Below, piece by piece: positions 1 through 7,404 of a DNA stretch of 16,389 nucleotides. The translations under genes and the position numbers were made by a program. The stretch spans positions 1 to 16,389 of the forward strand of contig JAQVTI010000015.1 in NCBI GenBank assembly GCA_028700115.1, read 5' to 3'. This stretch comes from Candidatus Iainarchaeum sp. (GTDB taxonomy: Archaea > Iainarchaeota > Iainarchaeia > Iainarchaeales > CSSED10-239). Within the stretch, counting starts at the first letter, position 1, and every line of letters starts with the position of its first letter. The notes beneath the pieces were generated by a model. The model did no database searches. It had not been told where the DNA came from and saw only the letters and a program-made list of their open reading frames with translations.

Positions 1-266
1 GACTTTCCAATTAATAATTTTGTAATATCATCTGAAATAATCCCTAAATGTTGTCTATCTGTGTTAATTGCAACAACTTGTACACCAGAAACACCCATAG
101 AACATATTCTATTTACAGAATTATTTCCTGCCCCACCAATTCCCATAACCATAATTCTTGGTGCTGCAAAATCATCTGTTTTATACTCTTCATTTACTTT
201 TGGAGCACTTCCAACAGCATTACTTACAATAGACTTCATATTAACCACTTCTTTATATACATACAT
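1..266 (-). CDS. ftsZ: Cell-division GTPase FtsZ, N-terminal part (gene runs off the left edge)
   Basis: Absent from the ORF track because it is truncated. My reverse-complement translation from the ATG at 264-266 gives MYVYKEVVNMKSIVSNAVGSAPKVNEEYKTDDFAAPRIMVMGIGGAGNNSVNRICSMGVSGVQVVAINTDRQHLGIISDDITKLLIGK. This contains the FtsZ/tubulin nucleotide-binding signature GIGGAGNNxVNR and the AINTDxQxL block. An alternative in-frame ATG lies at 237-239. An in-frame stop upstream fixes 266 as the first possible start. The plus-strand ORFs 48..341 and 61..336 are antisense shadows. Confidence 0.9.
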   Translation of the reverse strand, partial: MYVYKEVVNMKSIVSNAVGSAPKVNEEYKTDDFAAPRIMVMGIGGAGNNSVNRICSMGVSGVQVVAINTDRQHLGIISDDITKLLIGK

Positions 267-380
267 TTTTTTAAAATGCCTTTTTTGTATTTTTCTCCTT
301 TTTTATCTAAAAATAGATTTTATTATAAAGATATAATATAAGTAAACAAAACAATTTAAAAAGGTTTTGTAAAATAATTA

Positions 381-399
381 TTTTGTCCAAGAAATAATG
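381..399 (+). repeat. Copy of a 19-nt intergenic motif, TTTTGTCCAAGAAATAATG
   Basis: 18/19 identical to the copy at 12715..12733. It lies in the 95-bp spacer between the stop of the 437..1111 gene and the ftsZ start. The GTCC core stands out against nearly pure A/T surroundings. Confidence 0.6.
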
Positions 400-436
400 T
401 ATTTTGACGTTATTAAAATTAAAAAAAAAGAAAAAA

Positions 437-1111
437 TTATTTCTTTTTAGGAAATAATTTTGAAAATATTTCAGAAGAATGATCTCTAATAGCAGCACTC
501 ATTCCAATTCCTAAAGCAATTGCAATAGCTAAAACAACACCACCAATTATTAAAAGAATAATTGTTTCAATAAATGCAATTTTTACCCCAATTTGCTTTA
601 ATGCAACATCTACAAACAAAATAATTATTATTGCTTGAATAATATCTGCAATTATTTTTGAAAACTTATGTTCTTTTGAAACATGTATATTTTTTGCAAC
701 AACTTTTGAAAGAATTAATCCAAAAATTACTAAAATTATTGCAAATATTAAATTAGGCATCCATAATGCAAATTTAGTAATAAAAGTTGCAAGAATATCT
801 AATTTTATTAAACTTGCAGCAGGTGCTAAAAATGCAATAAATACCCCCCATTTAAATAAATTACCTATAAGCTTAGAAAGCTTAATATGAAGTAAAACGT
901 GTGAAAAATCATTTTTTGTAACCCAAGAATCTAATTTCCATTTAATAAGTGCTTTTTCAATAAGATATCCTATTAAAAGACCTATAAGAAAACCAATAAT
1001 TGCAACAATTATTGCCCCAATAAAACCTGGTAAATAATATATAATATTATGCCAAATATGCTGTAATGGAGTAATTGTAGCGTTACTAACTTCTACTAAA
1101 GTATTAACCAT
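437..1111 (-). CDS. Integral membrane protein with repeated long TM helices (conserved-TM-helix / MscS N-terminal-like repeats); function unknown
   Basis: 224-aa ORF preceded by AGGAGGT 9 nt upstream of the ATG (rc of 1121-1127). It has several long hydrophobic helices of similar pattern (YLPGFIGAIIVAIIGFLIGLLIGYLIEK, MPNLIFAIILVIFGLILSKVVAK, IIADIIQAIIIILFVDVALKQIG) and a Lys-rich C-terminus. The family assignment is by pattern only. Confidence 0.6.
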   Translation of the reverse strand: MVNTLVEVSNATITPLQHIWHNIIYYLPGFIGAIIVAIIGFLIGLLIGYLIEKALIKWKLDSWVTKNDFSHVLLHIKLSKLIGNLFKWGVFIAFLAPAASLIKLDILATFITKFALWMPNLIFAIILVIFGLILSKVVAKNIHVSKEHKFSKIIADIIQAIIIILFVDVALKQIGVKIAFIETIILLIIGGVVLAIAIALGIGMSAAIRDHSSEIFSKLFPKKK

Positions 1112-1259
1112 ATTAAATCTACCTCCTTAATATAATTTTAATAAAATACTATATAACATATTAAAAATTACATAAAAAGCTTTAAAAATAGACTGAATAT
1201 TATAAATTTATATAAAAATTTAATAAATTTAAATATTTAGAATAATATTTTAAAAACAA

Positions 1260-1679
1260 TTAAAATTTATAAGAAAACCAGGATGTAAAAAAACCTAAAA
1301 ATGCAAAAATAAAATAAATTTGACCAACTAATAATAAAGGAAATGATAATAAAAATCCTGTAGAAAGAGATTTCATAACTTTTTCATTATTCATAAAAAT
1401 ATTAAAAATAAACATTCCTATAATTATTAATAATGAAGTCAAAATAAGTTTTGTTTTTATAAAATAAAGAATAGATATAAAAACTATTAAAAATATAAAA
1501 AAAAATTTATTTTCAGAAACAAAACTTTCTTTTGAAGAAATATCTGGAAGCATAAAAAATATTAAAAAAATAATTAATACACTTATAATTGGAACTACAA
1601 ATAAACTAGAATTATTTAAAAATAAATATGCTATAAAAAAAATAAAAATTGCAAAAATATATTTTGATAATTGATCCAT
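1260..1679 (-). CDS. Small polytopic membrane protein, unknown function
   Basis: 139-aa ORF, co-oriented with its neighbours, with four to five hydrophobic segments. No SD is visible, so it may be leaderless. AT-rich composition can produce such ORFs by chance, hence moderate confidence. Confidence 0.45.
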   Translation of the reverse strand: MDQLSKYIFAIFIFFIAYLFLNNSSLFVVPIISVLIIFLIFFMLPDISSKESFVSENKFFFIFLIVFISILYFIKTKLILTSLLIIIGMFIFNIFMNNEKVMKSLSTGFLLSFPLLLVGQIYFIFAFLGFFTSWFSYKF

Positions 1680-1766
1680 AATTATATATAATTAGAAAAG
1701 TAATTTAAATATATTTATTTGTATATAAAATATATAAATATTTAAAAAAATATTAAAAAAAGAAAA

Positions 1767-3026
1767 TTATTTTTTCTTTTTATTTAAATACTTTCTTTTC
1801 CCTGCATTATATGAACCAATAACTAAAAGTATTATTAATATAACTCCAATTATAATTTGCCCAAAATATTTTGTTGTTTCTTCAACATTTTCAATTTCTA
1901 AATAAATTGTATGATTTTCAATAAAAACACTATCTCCATCAATACTTCTTATTTCTAAATCTATTTGATATTTTTTAGCAAATGCATCTTTATCTATTTC
2001 TAGACTAATTATCCCTTCTCCAATTTCATTTATTTTTAAATTCCCTATAAAATCAGATTTCTCAATAAATTCAAATGGTTGTGTAGAATCTTTAAATGCT
2101 CTAATTGATACAGAATCTGCATTTTTACTTCCTATATTTTCTAAACTTATTTTTAAATTAACTTTTTCACCAGCAACTGCTTTTTTAGAAAGAATAATAT
2201 TTTTTATTTCAAATTCTGGTTTATTTTTTATAGGAATTTCTAAATTCATTTTTTCTTCTTTATATTCTTTTAAAGAATCTTCTTTATCTTGATATCTAAC
2301 AATTACTTCTGCATTATAAATTCCTGATTTAATATTTTTTGAAATATCAATATAAAAAGTAGTAATTTTACTTGATGAACTTAAAATATTCCCTAAACTT
2401 ACTCTGTCTGAATAAGAATATGTAGGGGTAATTCCTTCTGGAAAGTTTATTTCTACACTAACATTTTCGGCATCTCCTTCTCCAATATTTAATAATTCAA
2501 TATTTATTTCTGCTTCTTCTAGATCATTTAAAAGCTTAACAGGAGAAGTAATTAAATTCCCAAAAGTAAATTTTGCATTTTCTTTATTACCTATTCTAAT
2601 ATCAAATGTTTTTACCCCCCAAATATCTTGTCCATTAATATTATATTTTAAATCAATTTTATAATTTCCTTCAAGTGCATTAGAATCTATTAATATTTTA
2701 TAATATAAAGAATAATACCAATAATCTCCAGATTGACCATTCCAATTTTGAAGAGATTTTTCAGATGTATCTGATAAATCAAAATAAAATGGATGTTCTA
2801 AATCTAAATTAAAATCTAAAGAATCAATAGGATCATTCCCAAATTTTACAACTTTAAATCTTAATTCTAAATATTCCCCTGGATTTGCAGGATCTGGATC
2901 TTGATTTAATAAAGTTATATCTAATCTAGGTGTATCTAATGGATCTGCAAAAACATTTCCAATAATTCCACTAAATAATATTAATCCTAAAAATATTGCT
3001 GATAATAAATTAAATTTTTTATTCAT
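1767..3026 (-). CDS. Secreted, C-terminally membrane-anchored surface protein with CARDB / COG1361-like (S-layer-domain-like) beta-sandwich repeats
   Basis: N-terminal signal peptide MNKKFNLLSAIFLGLILFSGIIGNVFA|DP. C-terminal TM helix plus basic tail (IIIGVILIILLVIGSYNAGKRKYLNKKKK). Internal motifs are typical of CARDB-type domains (EINIELLNIGEGDAENVSVEINFP, VNLKISLENIGSKNADSVSIRAF). SD AGGAGAG lies 6 nt upstream of the ATG. Confidence 0.7.
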   Translation of the reverse strand: MNKKFNLLSAIFLGLILFSGIIGNVFADPLDTPRLDITLLNQDPDPANPGEYLELRFKVVKFGNDPIDSLDFNLDLEHPFYFDLSDTSEKSLQNWNGQSGDYWYYSLYYKILIDSNALEGNYKIDLKYNINGQDIWGVKTFDIRIGNKENAKFTFGNLITSPVKLLNDLEEAEINIELLNIGEGDAENVSVEINFPEGITPTYSYSDRVSLGNILSSSSKITTFYIDISKNIKSGIYNAEVIVRYQDKEDSLKEYKEEKMNLEIPIKNKPEFEIKNIILSKKAVAGEKVNLKISLENIGSKNADSVSIRAFKDSTQPFEFIEKSDFIGNLKINEIGEGIISLEIDKDAFAKKYQIDLEIRSIDGDSVFIENHTIYLEIENVEETTKYFGQIIIGVILIILLVIGSYNAGKRKYLNKKKK

Positions 3027-3069
3027 AATTTTCTCTCCTTTTTAATTTTATTTTTTCAAATTTATTTTT

Positions 3070-4320
3070 TTAATCATTTTTTTCTTTTAAAACATTTATT
3101 CTTAAAAATTTAAATAATTTTTCTAATAAAACTAAAATTGCAGGAACAATTGTAATTGCAGCAAAAAAACAAAAAGTTACACCATAACTCATAATTTTCC
3201 CTAAATCCCCAACAAATGACAATTCTCCCATACTCATAGCTTTAAAACCAATTAATGCTGCAATTGCTGTAGTTGCCATAGGTAAAATAACATTTGTTAA
3301 AGTATTAATCATTGCTTTTTCTATAGAAAGTTTATTTTTAAGTTCTTGCCTAAATCTAATAACAGTTTGTATTCCAAAATCAATTCCAATACCCATAATC
3401 ATAGATACAACTCCTGAAGTAACAGAAGTAACCCCCATTTTTATAAGTCCTAAGAAACCAAATGTCCAAACTATTCCAATTAAAATTGTTAAAAGTGGTG
3501 TTAAACCAAATCTTAAAGTTCCAATAATTTTAATAATTTTTGAAAAAAGACTTTGTTTCTGCCTAAAAACAATAGATATTTCTCCAATTACAAATATCAT
3601 TATTAAAACAAAAAAAATTCCAATTATAGAAAAATTACCTGTTTTTTGCATATCTGGACCAAGTTCTTTGTCCATTACTGGATAAGATGCAATTGATCCT
3701 GTAACATTTATTTTAAGTCCAGAAGGATGTTTTATTCCTATTATAATTTTTTCTAAATTATCTACAAGTAAACTATCTTTATCATCAGAATATTGATCAG
3801 AAAGTGAAATATTTATAATACTCATAGTATAATCATCACTAACAAGAGATTTAATTTCTTCATTTTCAGAAATTAAATCTGATATTTGATATTTAGATTT
3901 TGGTAAATATCCATTATTTATTTTTCTTAAACTATTTGAAAGACTATTTACATTTTCAATAAATTCATTACCTTCAAGATATTTTGTTAAAACATCTATA
4001 TATTTTAAAACTTCTAAATCTCTAATATCCTTAACTTCATTTGATGTTATATATTCTCTATCTATTTGTAAAAATATCATAATTGTATTTGGATTTTTAA
4101 AAGAATCTTCAATTATTCCATATGCTTTAACAACATCATAATTATCTGGGATCATTTCAGAAAAATCTTGAGAACTATAATTTACTTGTGTTACAAAATA
4201 TAATGCAATTAATATAAATATAAATACAATAAAAAGAACAAAAAAAGGTCTGTTTGCAACTATTTTTGCATAAGACTCAATTATTTTTTTTAAATTATTT
4301 TTTTTTGAATCTTCTTTCAT
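3070..4320 (-). CDS. MMPL/RND-superfamily transporter, second half-size subunit (TM1, extracytoplasmic domain, 5-TM bundle)
   Basis: 416 aa. N-terminal TM (FFVLFIVFIFILIALYFV), a soluble loop of about 180 aa, then a C-terminal TM bundle with MMPL-like sequence (LTPLLTILIGIVWTFGFLGLIKMGVTSVTSGVVSMIMGIGIDFGIQTVIRFRQEL ... PMATTAIAALIGFKAMS). Its ATG overlaps the upstream stop as ATGA (4317-4320). Confidence 0.8.
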   Translation of the reverse strand: MKEDSKKNNLKKIIESYAKIVANRPFFVLFIVFIFILIALYFVTQVNYSSQDFSEMIPDNYDVVKAYGIIEDSFKNPNTIMIFLQIDREYITSNEVKDIRDLEVLKYIDVLTKYLEGNEFIENVNSLSNSLRKINNGYLPKSKYQISDLISENEEIKSLVSDDYTMSIINISLSDQYSDDKDSLLVDNLEKIIIGIKHPSGLKINVTGSIASYPVMDKELGPDMQKTGNFSIIGIFFVLIMIFVIGEISIVFRQKQSLFSKIIKIIGTLRFGLTPLLTILIGIVWTFGFLGLIKMGVTSVTSGVVSMIMGIGIDFGIQTVIRFRQELKNKLSIEKAMINTLTNVILPMATTAIAALIGFKAMSMGELSFVGDLGKIMSYGVTFCFFAAITIVPAILVLLEKLFKFLRINVLKEKND

Positions 4321-5495
4321 TGTAAATCACTTTTTGAAATCTGTGATATTTTTTTATTATATCTTTTATACATTTTATTTAATATAAATTTATCTAAATC
4401 TTCAAAAAGAACAATAATTACAGGAGAAATAAAAACTGCAATAAATAAACAAAAAAAGATTCCTAAAGCCAAAGTTTTTCCTAAATCTTGAAGCATTGGC
4501 ATAATTGATAATGTTAATGCTAAAAAACCAATAATTGTAGTAATTCCAGAACCTAAAATTGCAGATCCAATTGCAGGAACAGAATTTTCTAAAGATTCTT
4601 TTTGTGAAAGTCCTTTTTCTTTTTCTTCAAGATATCTAGTATGCATAAAAACTCCATACTCTACTCCAAGACCTAAAATCATTGCTCCAATTCCTACAGT
4701 TGCAACTGAAAGTTTAATATTTAAATATCCCATTGTTCCAATTGTCCAAATAACCCCCAATAAAATTGGTGAAAATACAACTATTCCTTTTAATACAGAT
4801 CTTTCTGTAATAAATAATAATAATAAAATTATAATTGCAGCAATTACAATTGTCTTTACAGCATCTTTTCCTAAAATATCTAAAATTGTTACTGAAATCG
4901 GTGCAGATCCTGTAACAAAATATTCTATTCCTTGAGGAATAGGTATAAATTTTAATTTTTCAGAAATCATTTCTGTAAATGCAATTGTTTTTTCTTGATC
5001 TCCACTAAGATCTGCAGTTATATACATTAAAGTTGTTGTAAAATCTTTACTAAAAAATGAATTTAATTCAGGATATTGTGAAAGAATATACTTTACTTGA
5101 GAAAGACTTTGTGGATTAAAATTAGAAATATATGTAGCAGGAGAAATAATCCCTTCAACAGAAGATTCTTTATTAAGTTCTATTTCTAAATTTTTTAAAT
5201 ATGAAATTATTTCTGGATCTCTAATATCTAAGTTATCATTTTTAAAATTATAATTATTATCAAATCTAAAAAGAATAATAACAATATCTGTCCCCCCAAA
5301 CTCAGTTGTAATTTTATCATTTAATTCTACAATTTCAAGTCCAGTTGGATTCATTTTAGAAAAATCAGTTTCCATTTCTATTCTAAAAACACCTATTGCA
5401 AGTATTATTGTAATTATAACTGCAATAATAAATATTAACATTTTATGCTTATATTGATATTTTGCAATAAATTTTAAAAAATTCATAAAAATCAC
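4317..5495 (-). CDS. MMPL/RND-superfamily transporter, first half-size subunit
   Basis: 392 aa with the same architecture: TM1 (MLIFIIAVIITIILAIGVF), a soluble loop, then a TM bundle (FSPILLGVIWTIGTMGYLNIKLSVATVGIGAMILGLGVEYGVFMHTRYLEE ... AIGSAILGSGITTIIGFLAL). The track start at 5495 is a GTG overlapping the trmB stop (GTGA). An ATG at 5484-5486 is the alternative start. Confidence 0.8.
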   Translation of the reverse strand: MIFMNFLKFIAKYQYKHKMLIFIIAVIITIILAIGVFRIEMETDFSKMNPTGLEIVELNDKITTEFGGTDIVIILFRFDNNYNFKNDNLDIRDPEIISYLKNLEIELNKESSVEGIISPATYISNFNPQSLSQVKYILSQYPELNSFFSKDFTTTLMYITADLSGDQEKTIAFTEMISEKLKFIPIPQGIEYFVTGSAPISVTILDILGKDAVKTIVIAAIIILLLLFITERSVLKGIVVFSPILLGVIWTIGTMGYLNIKLSVATVGIGAMILGLGVEYGVFMHTRYLEEKEKGLSQKESLENSVPAIGSAILGSGITTIIGFLALTLSIMPMLQDLGKTLALGIFFCLFIAVFISPVIIVLFEDLDKFILNKMYKRYNKKISQISKSDLQ

Positions 5496-6253
5496 ATAGA
5501 AACATTTTCCGCTCTATCCCATAATTCTAAAAAATATTCTTTATATTCTTTTGCAAGTTTTTTTGATTTTATAAAAATAATTATAGGATTTTCGGTGAGT
5601 ATGTGTGTAGCTATTCTATCTTTAAATATTACAGTAGTATTTAAATTATTTAAATTATTTATTTTTTTCAATTGAAAATTTTTTAAATCAAATGAAAATT
5701 TTTTATCAGAAATACATTTTTTTATCTCAGAAATTGATTCTGAAAGTATAATTTTCCCCCTAATATTTGAAAGTAAATTTTTATGTTCAGAAATAATTTT
5801 TTCAAAAATATTATAATTTATAATATTTGATTTTATAAGTCCTCCTATCATAAAAATTTCTTTTTCAAAAATAATTTCATCTAAATATTTTTTAATACCC
5901 ATAATTCCTTGAAATATAATAATTTCTTGTTTTATTGATTGATCTTTATTTTTTAATTTATCTAATTCAGGTATTAATAAATCTAATTCCATTTCTTTTT
6001 CTTTTAAAGGAATATATAAATTTTTAATATTTGTAATTGAATAAATCCTTGTATTTTTAAAATCAATATGATAAGTTACAATTTTTTTTTCAATTAATTG
6101 ATTTAAAATTTGATAAACTAAAGTTCTATCCATTTTTAATTTTTTTGAAAGATCATTCCCACAAATAGGAACACTTTTTAAAAGAAAATAATATACTTTA
6201 GCTTCATTTTTAGTCAGACCTATATTTGAAAGTCTTGTAATTAAATTTTTCAT
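5492..6253 (-). CDS. TrmB-family winged-helix transcriptional regulator
   Basis: The N-terminus LSNIGLTKNEAKVYYFLLKSVPICGNDLSKKLKMDRTLVYQILNQLIEKKIV matches the TrmB HTH pattern (GLtxxEakvYxxLLxxgxxtaxelsxxxxxxrxxvYxxLxxLxxkG), followed by a C-terminal domain of about 170 aa. It is the first gene of the transporter operon. Confidence 0.8.
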   Translation of the reverse strand: MKNLITRLSNIGLTKNEAKVYYFLLKSVPICGNDLSKKLKMDRTLVYQILNQLIEKKIVTYHIDFKNTRIYSITNIKNLYIPLKEKEMELDLLIPELDKLKNKDQSIKQEIIIFQGIMGIKKYLDEIIFEKEIFMIGGLIKSNIINYNIFEKIISEHKNLLSNIRGKIILSESISEIKKCISDKKFSFDLKNFQLKKINNLNNLNTTVIFKDRIATHILTENPIIIFIKSKKLAKEYKEYFLELWDRAENVSM

Positions 6254-6275
6254 AAAATAATATAGAAACTAAATC

Positions 6276-6283
6276 TTTATAAA
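6276..6283 (-). promoter_or_regulatory. TATA-box-like element TTTATAAA upstream of trmB, consistent with a leaderless transcript
   Basis: Centred about 26 nt upstream of the trmB ATG (6251-6253), with no SD in between. Archaeal TATA boxes sit about 26 nt upstream of the TSS, which would place the TSS at or next to the ATG. Confidence 0.3.
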
Positions 6284-6285
6284 AG

Positions 6286-6310
6286 GTGTTGTTATTTTTT
6301 ATAACAACAC
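6286..6310 (-). promoter_or_regulatory. Perfect 10-bp inverted repeat (GTGTTGTTAT, 5-nt loop, ATAACAACAC): terminator-like hairpin or operator
   Basis: The arms are 6286-6295 and 6301-6310. On the minus strand it begins with the G of the kinase-deaminase TAG stop and is followed by CTTTTAT. It abuts the putative trmB TATA box at the BRE position. Confidence 0.35.
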
Positions 6311-7404
6311 TATTTCATATAATTAGAATCATATTTATCTAAATTATCTTCTGAAACTAGATCTTTTTGATTAAGCTCATTTATCCAATCAGAAATTTTA
6401 TAATGCACAATATTTAAATTGTCATCATATCCAATAAATTCATTAATTCCAGAATTAATAATAATTTTTTTACAAATATAACAAGGATATGCTTTTACAA
6501 TTTTTTCTTCCCCAAGATATATTTTTTTCATAAAAAGATACATTTTAGCCCCAACAATCTTTTGACCTTTTCTTGCAGCATTAATAATAGCATTTTGTTC
6601 AGCATGAACAGATGCACAAATTTCATATTTTTCTCCAGAAGGCACATTAAGTTTTCTTCTAAGACAATATCCTTTTTCAAAACAATCAGTAACTCCTCTT
6701 GGAGATCCAATATATCCAGTTGATAAAATAACATTATTTTTAACAATTACAGCCCCACCAGTTGCAGATAAACAATTTGACCTTTTAGAAATATCTTCTG
6801 CAACTTTTAAAAAATAAGAATCCCAATTTGGTTTTTTTCTTAAATCTATTTGAACTTTTAAAAGTAAATTTAATATTCTATAGTGTAAATCTTCTAAACT
6901 AGAATCATTTAATAATATAAAATCAGATAATTTTTTACAATCATCTAATTTCTGAAAATTAGGATTTGGATTAATTCTTTCTTTTTCTTCAGATTTTTTA
7001 AAATCTTCAAAAGAATCAACATGTTCTTTTTCTTTAAGTCTTAATTTTGCTCTTTCATATCTAGTCTCAATTGGAGAATCTACAAAAACTAGTCTAAATT
7101 CTTTTAATTTTCTAAAAACATTAATCTCATCAGGAGTTCTAATTGAATCAATTACATAATTTTTAGTTTTATCAGAATTTATTTTCTCAACAATTCTTTG
7201 AGCCAAAATACCATTTCCATATTTTTCTCTTAACTCATTTCCTAAGTTTTGCAAATTATCTCTAGTAATTTCCAAACCTTTTAATTTACATTCCTCTCTT
7301 AAAATATCAGAACAAGAAAAAGATATAAAATTTCTTTTGTCTTTTAAATAATCAATAACAGTTCCTTTTCCACAAGCTAAATACCCAGTTAATCCTAAAA
7401 TCAT
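6310..7404 (-). CDS. Fusion protein: N-terminal P-loop nucleotide/nucleoside kinase-like domain (CoaE-like / archaeal UPF0200-like) plus C-terminal dCMP deaminase (ComEB/DCTD type)
   Basis: The Walker A motif sits at the extreme N-terminus (MILGLTGYLACGKGT), with a later IDSIRTPDE block. The C-terminal half carries deoxycytidylate deaminase motifs: WDSYFLKVAEDISKRSNC, GGAVIV, STGYIGSPRG, zinc ligands VHAEQNAI and PCYICKKIIINSGI. SD AAGGGGA lies 7 nt upstream of the ATG. Confidence 0.85.
   Translation of the reverse strand: MILGLTGYLACGKGTVIDYLKDKRNFISFSCSDILREECKLKGLEITRDNLQNLGNELREKYGNGILAQRIVEKINSDKTKNYVIDSIRTPDEINVFRKLKEFRLVFVDSPIETRYERAKLRLKEKEHVDSFEDFKKSEEKERINPNPNFQKLDDCKKLSDFILLNDSSLEDLHYRILNLLLKVQIDLRKKPNWDSYFLKVAEDISKRSNCLSATGGAVIVKNNVILSTGYIGSPRGVTDCFEKGYCLRRKLNVPSGEKYEICASVHAEQNAIINAARKGQKIVGAKMYLFMKKIYLGEEKIVKAYPCYICKKIIINSGINEFIGYDDNLNIVHYKISDWINELNQKDLVSEDNLDKYDSNYMK

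Noticed and set aside
48-341. Plus-strand ORFs 48..341 and 61..336, and minus-strand ORF 307..498
   Set aside because: The two plus-strand ORFs lie antisense to a clear FtsZ coding sequence and translate to low-complexity, non-homologous sequence. ORF 307..498 spans an intergenic spacer and overlaps the 3' end of the 437..1111 gene. These are AT-rich shadow ORFs.
6528-6746. Nested 72-aa ORF in an alternative frame of the kinase-deaminase gene
   Set aside because: It lies entirely inside the well-supported dCMP deaminase domain, in another frame. It has no SD and no recognisable motifs.
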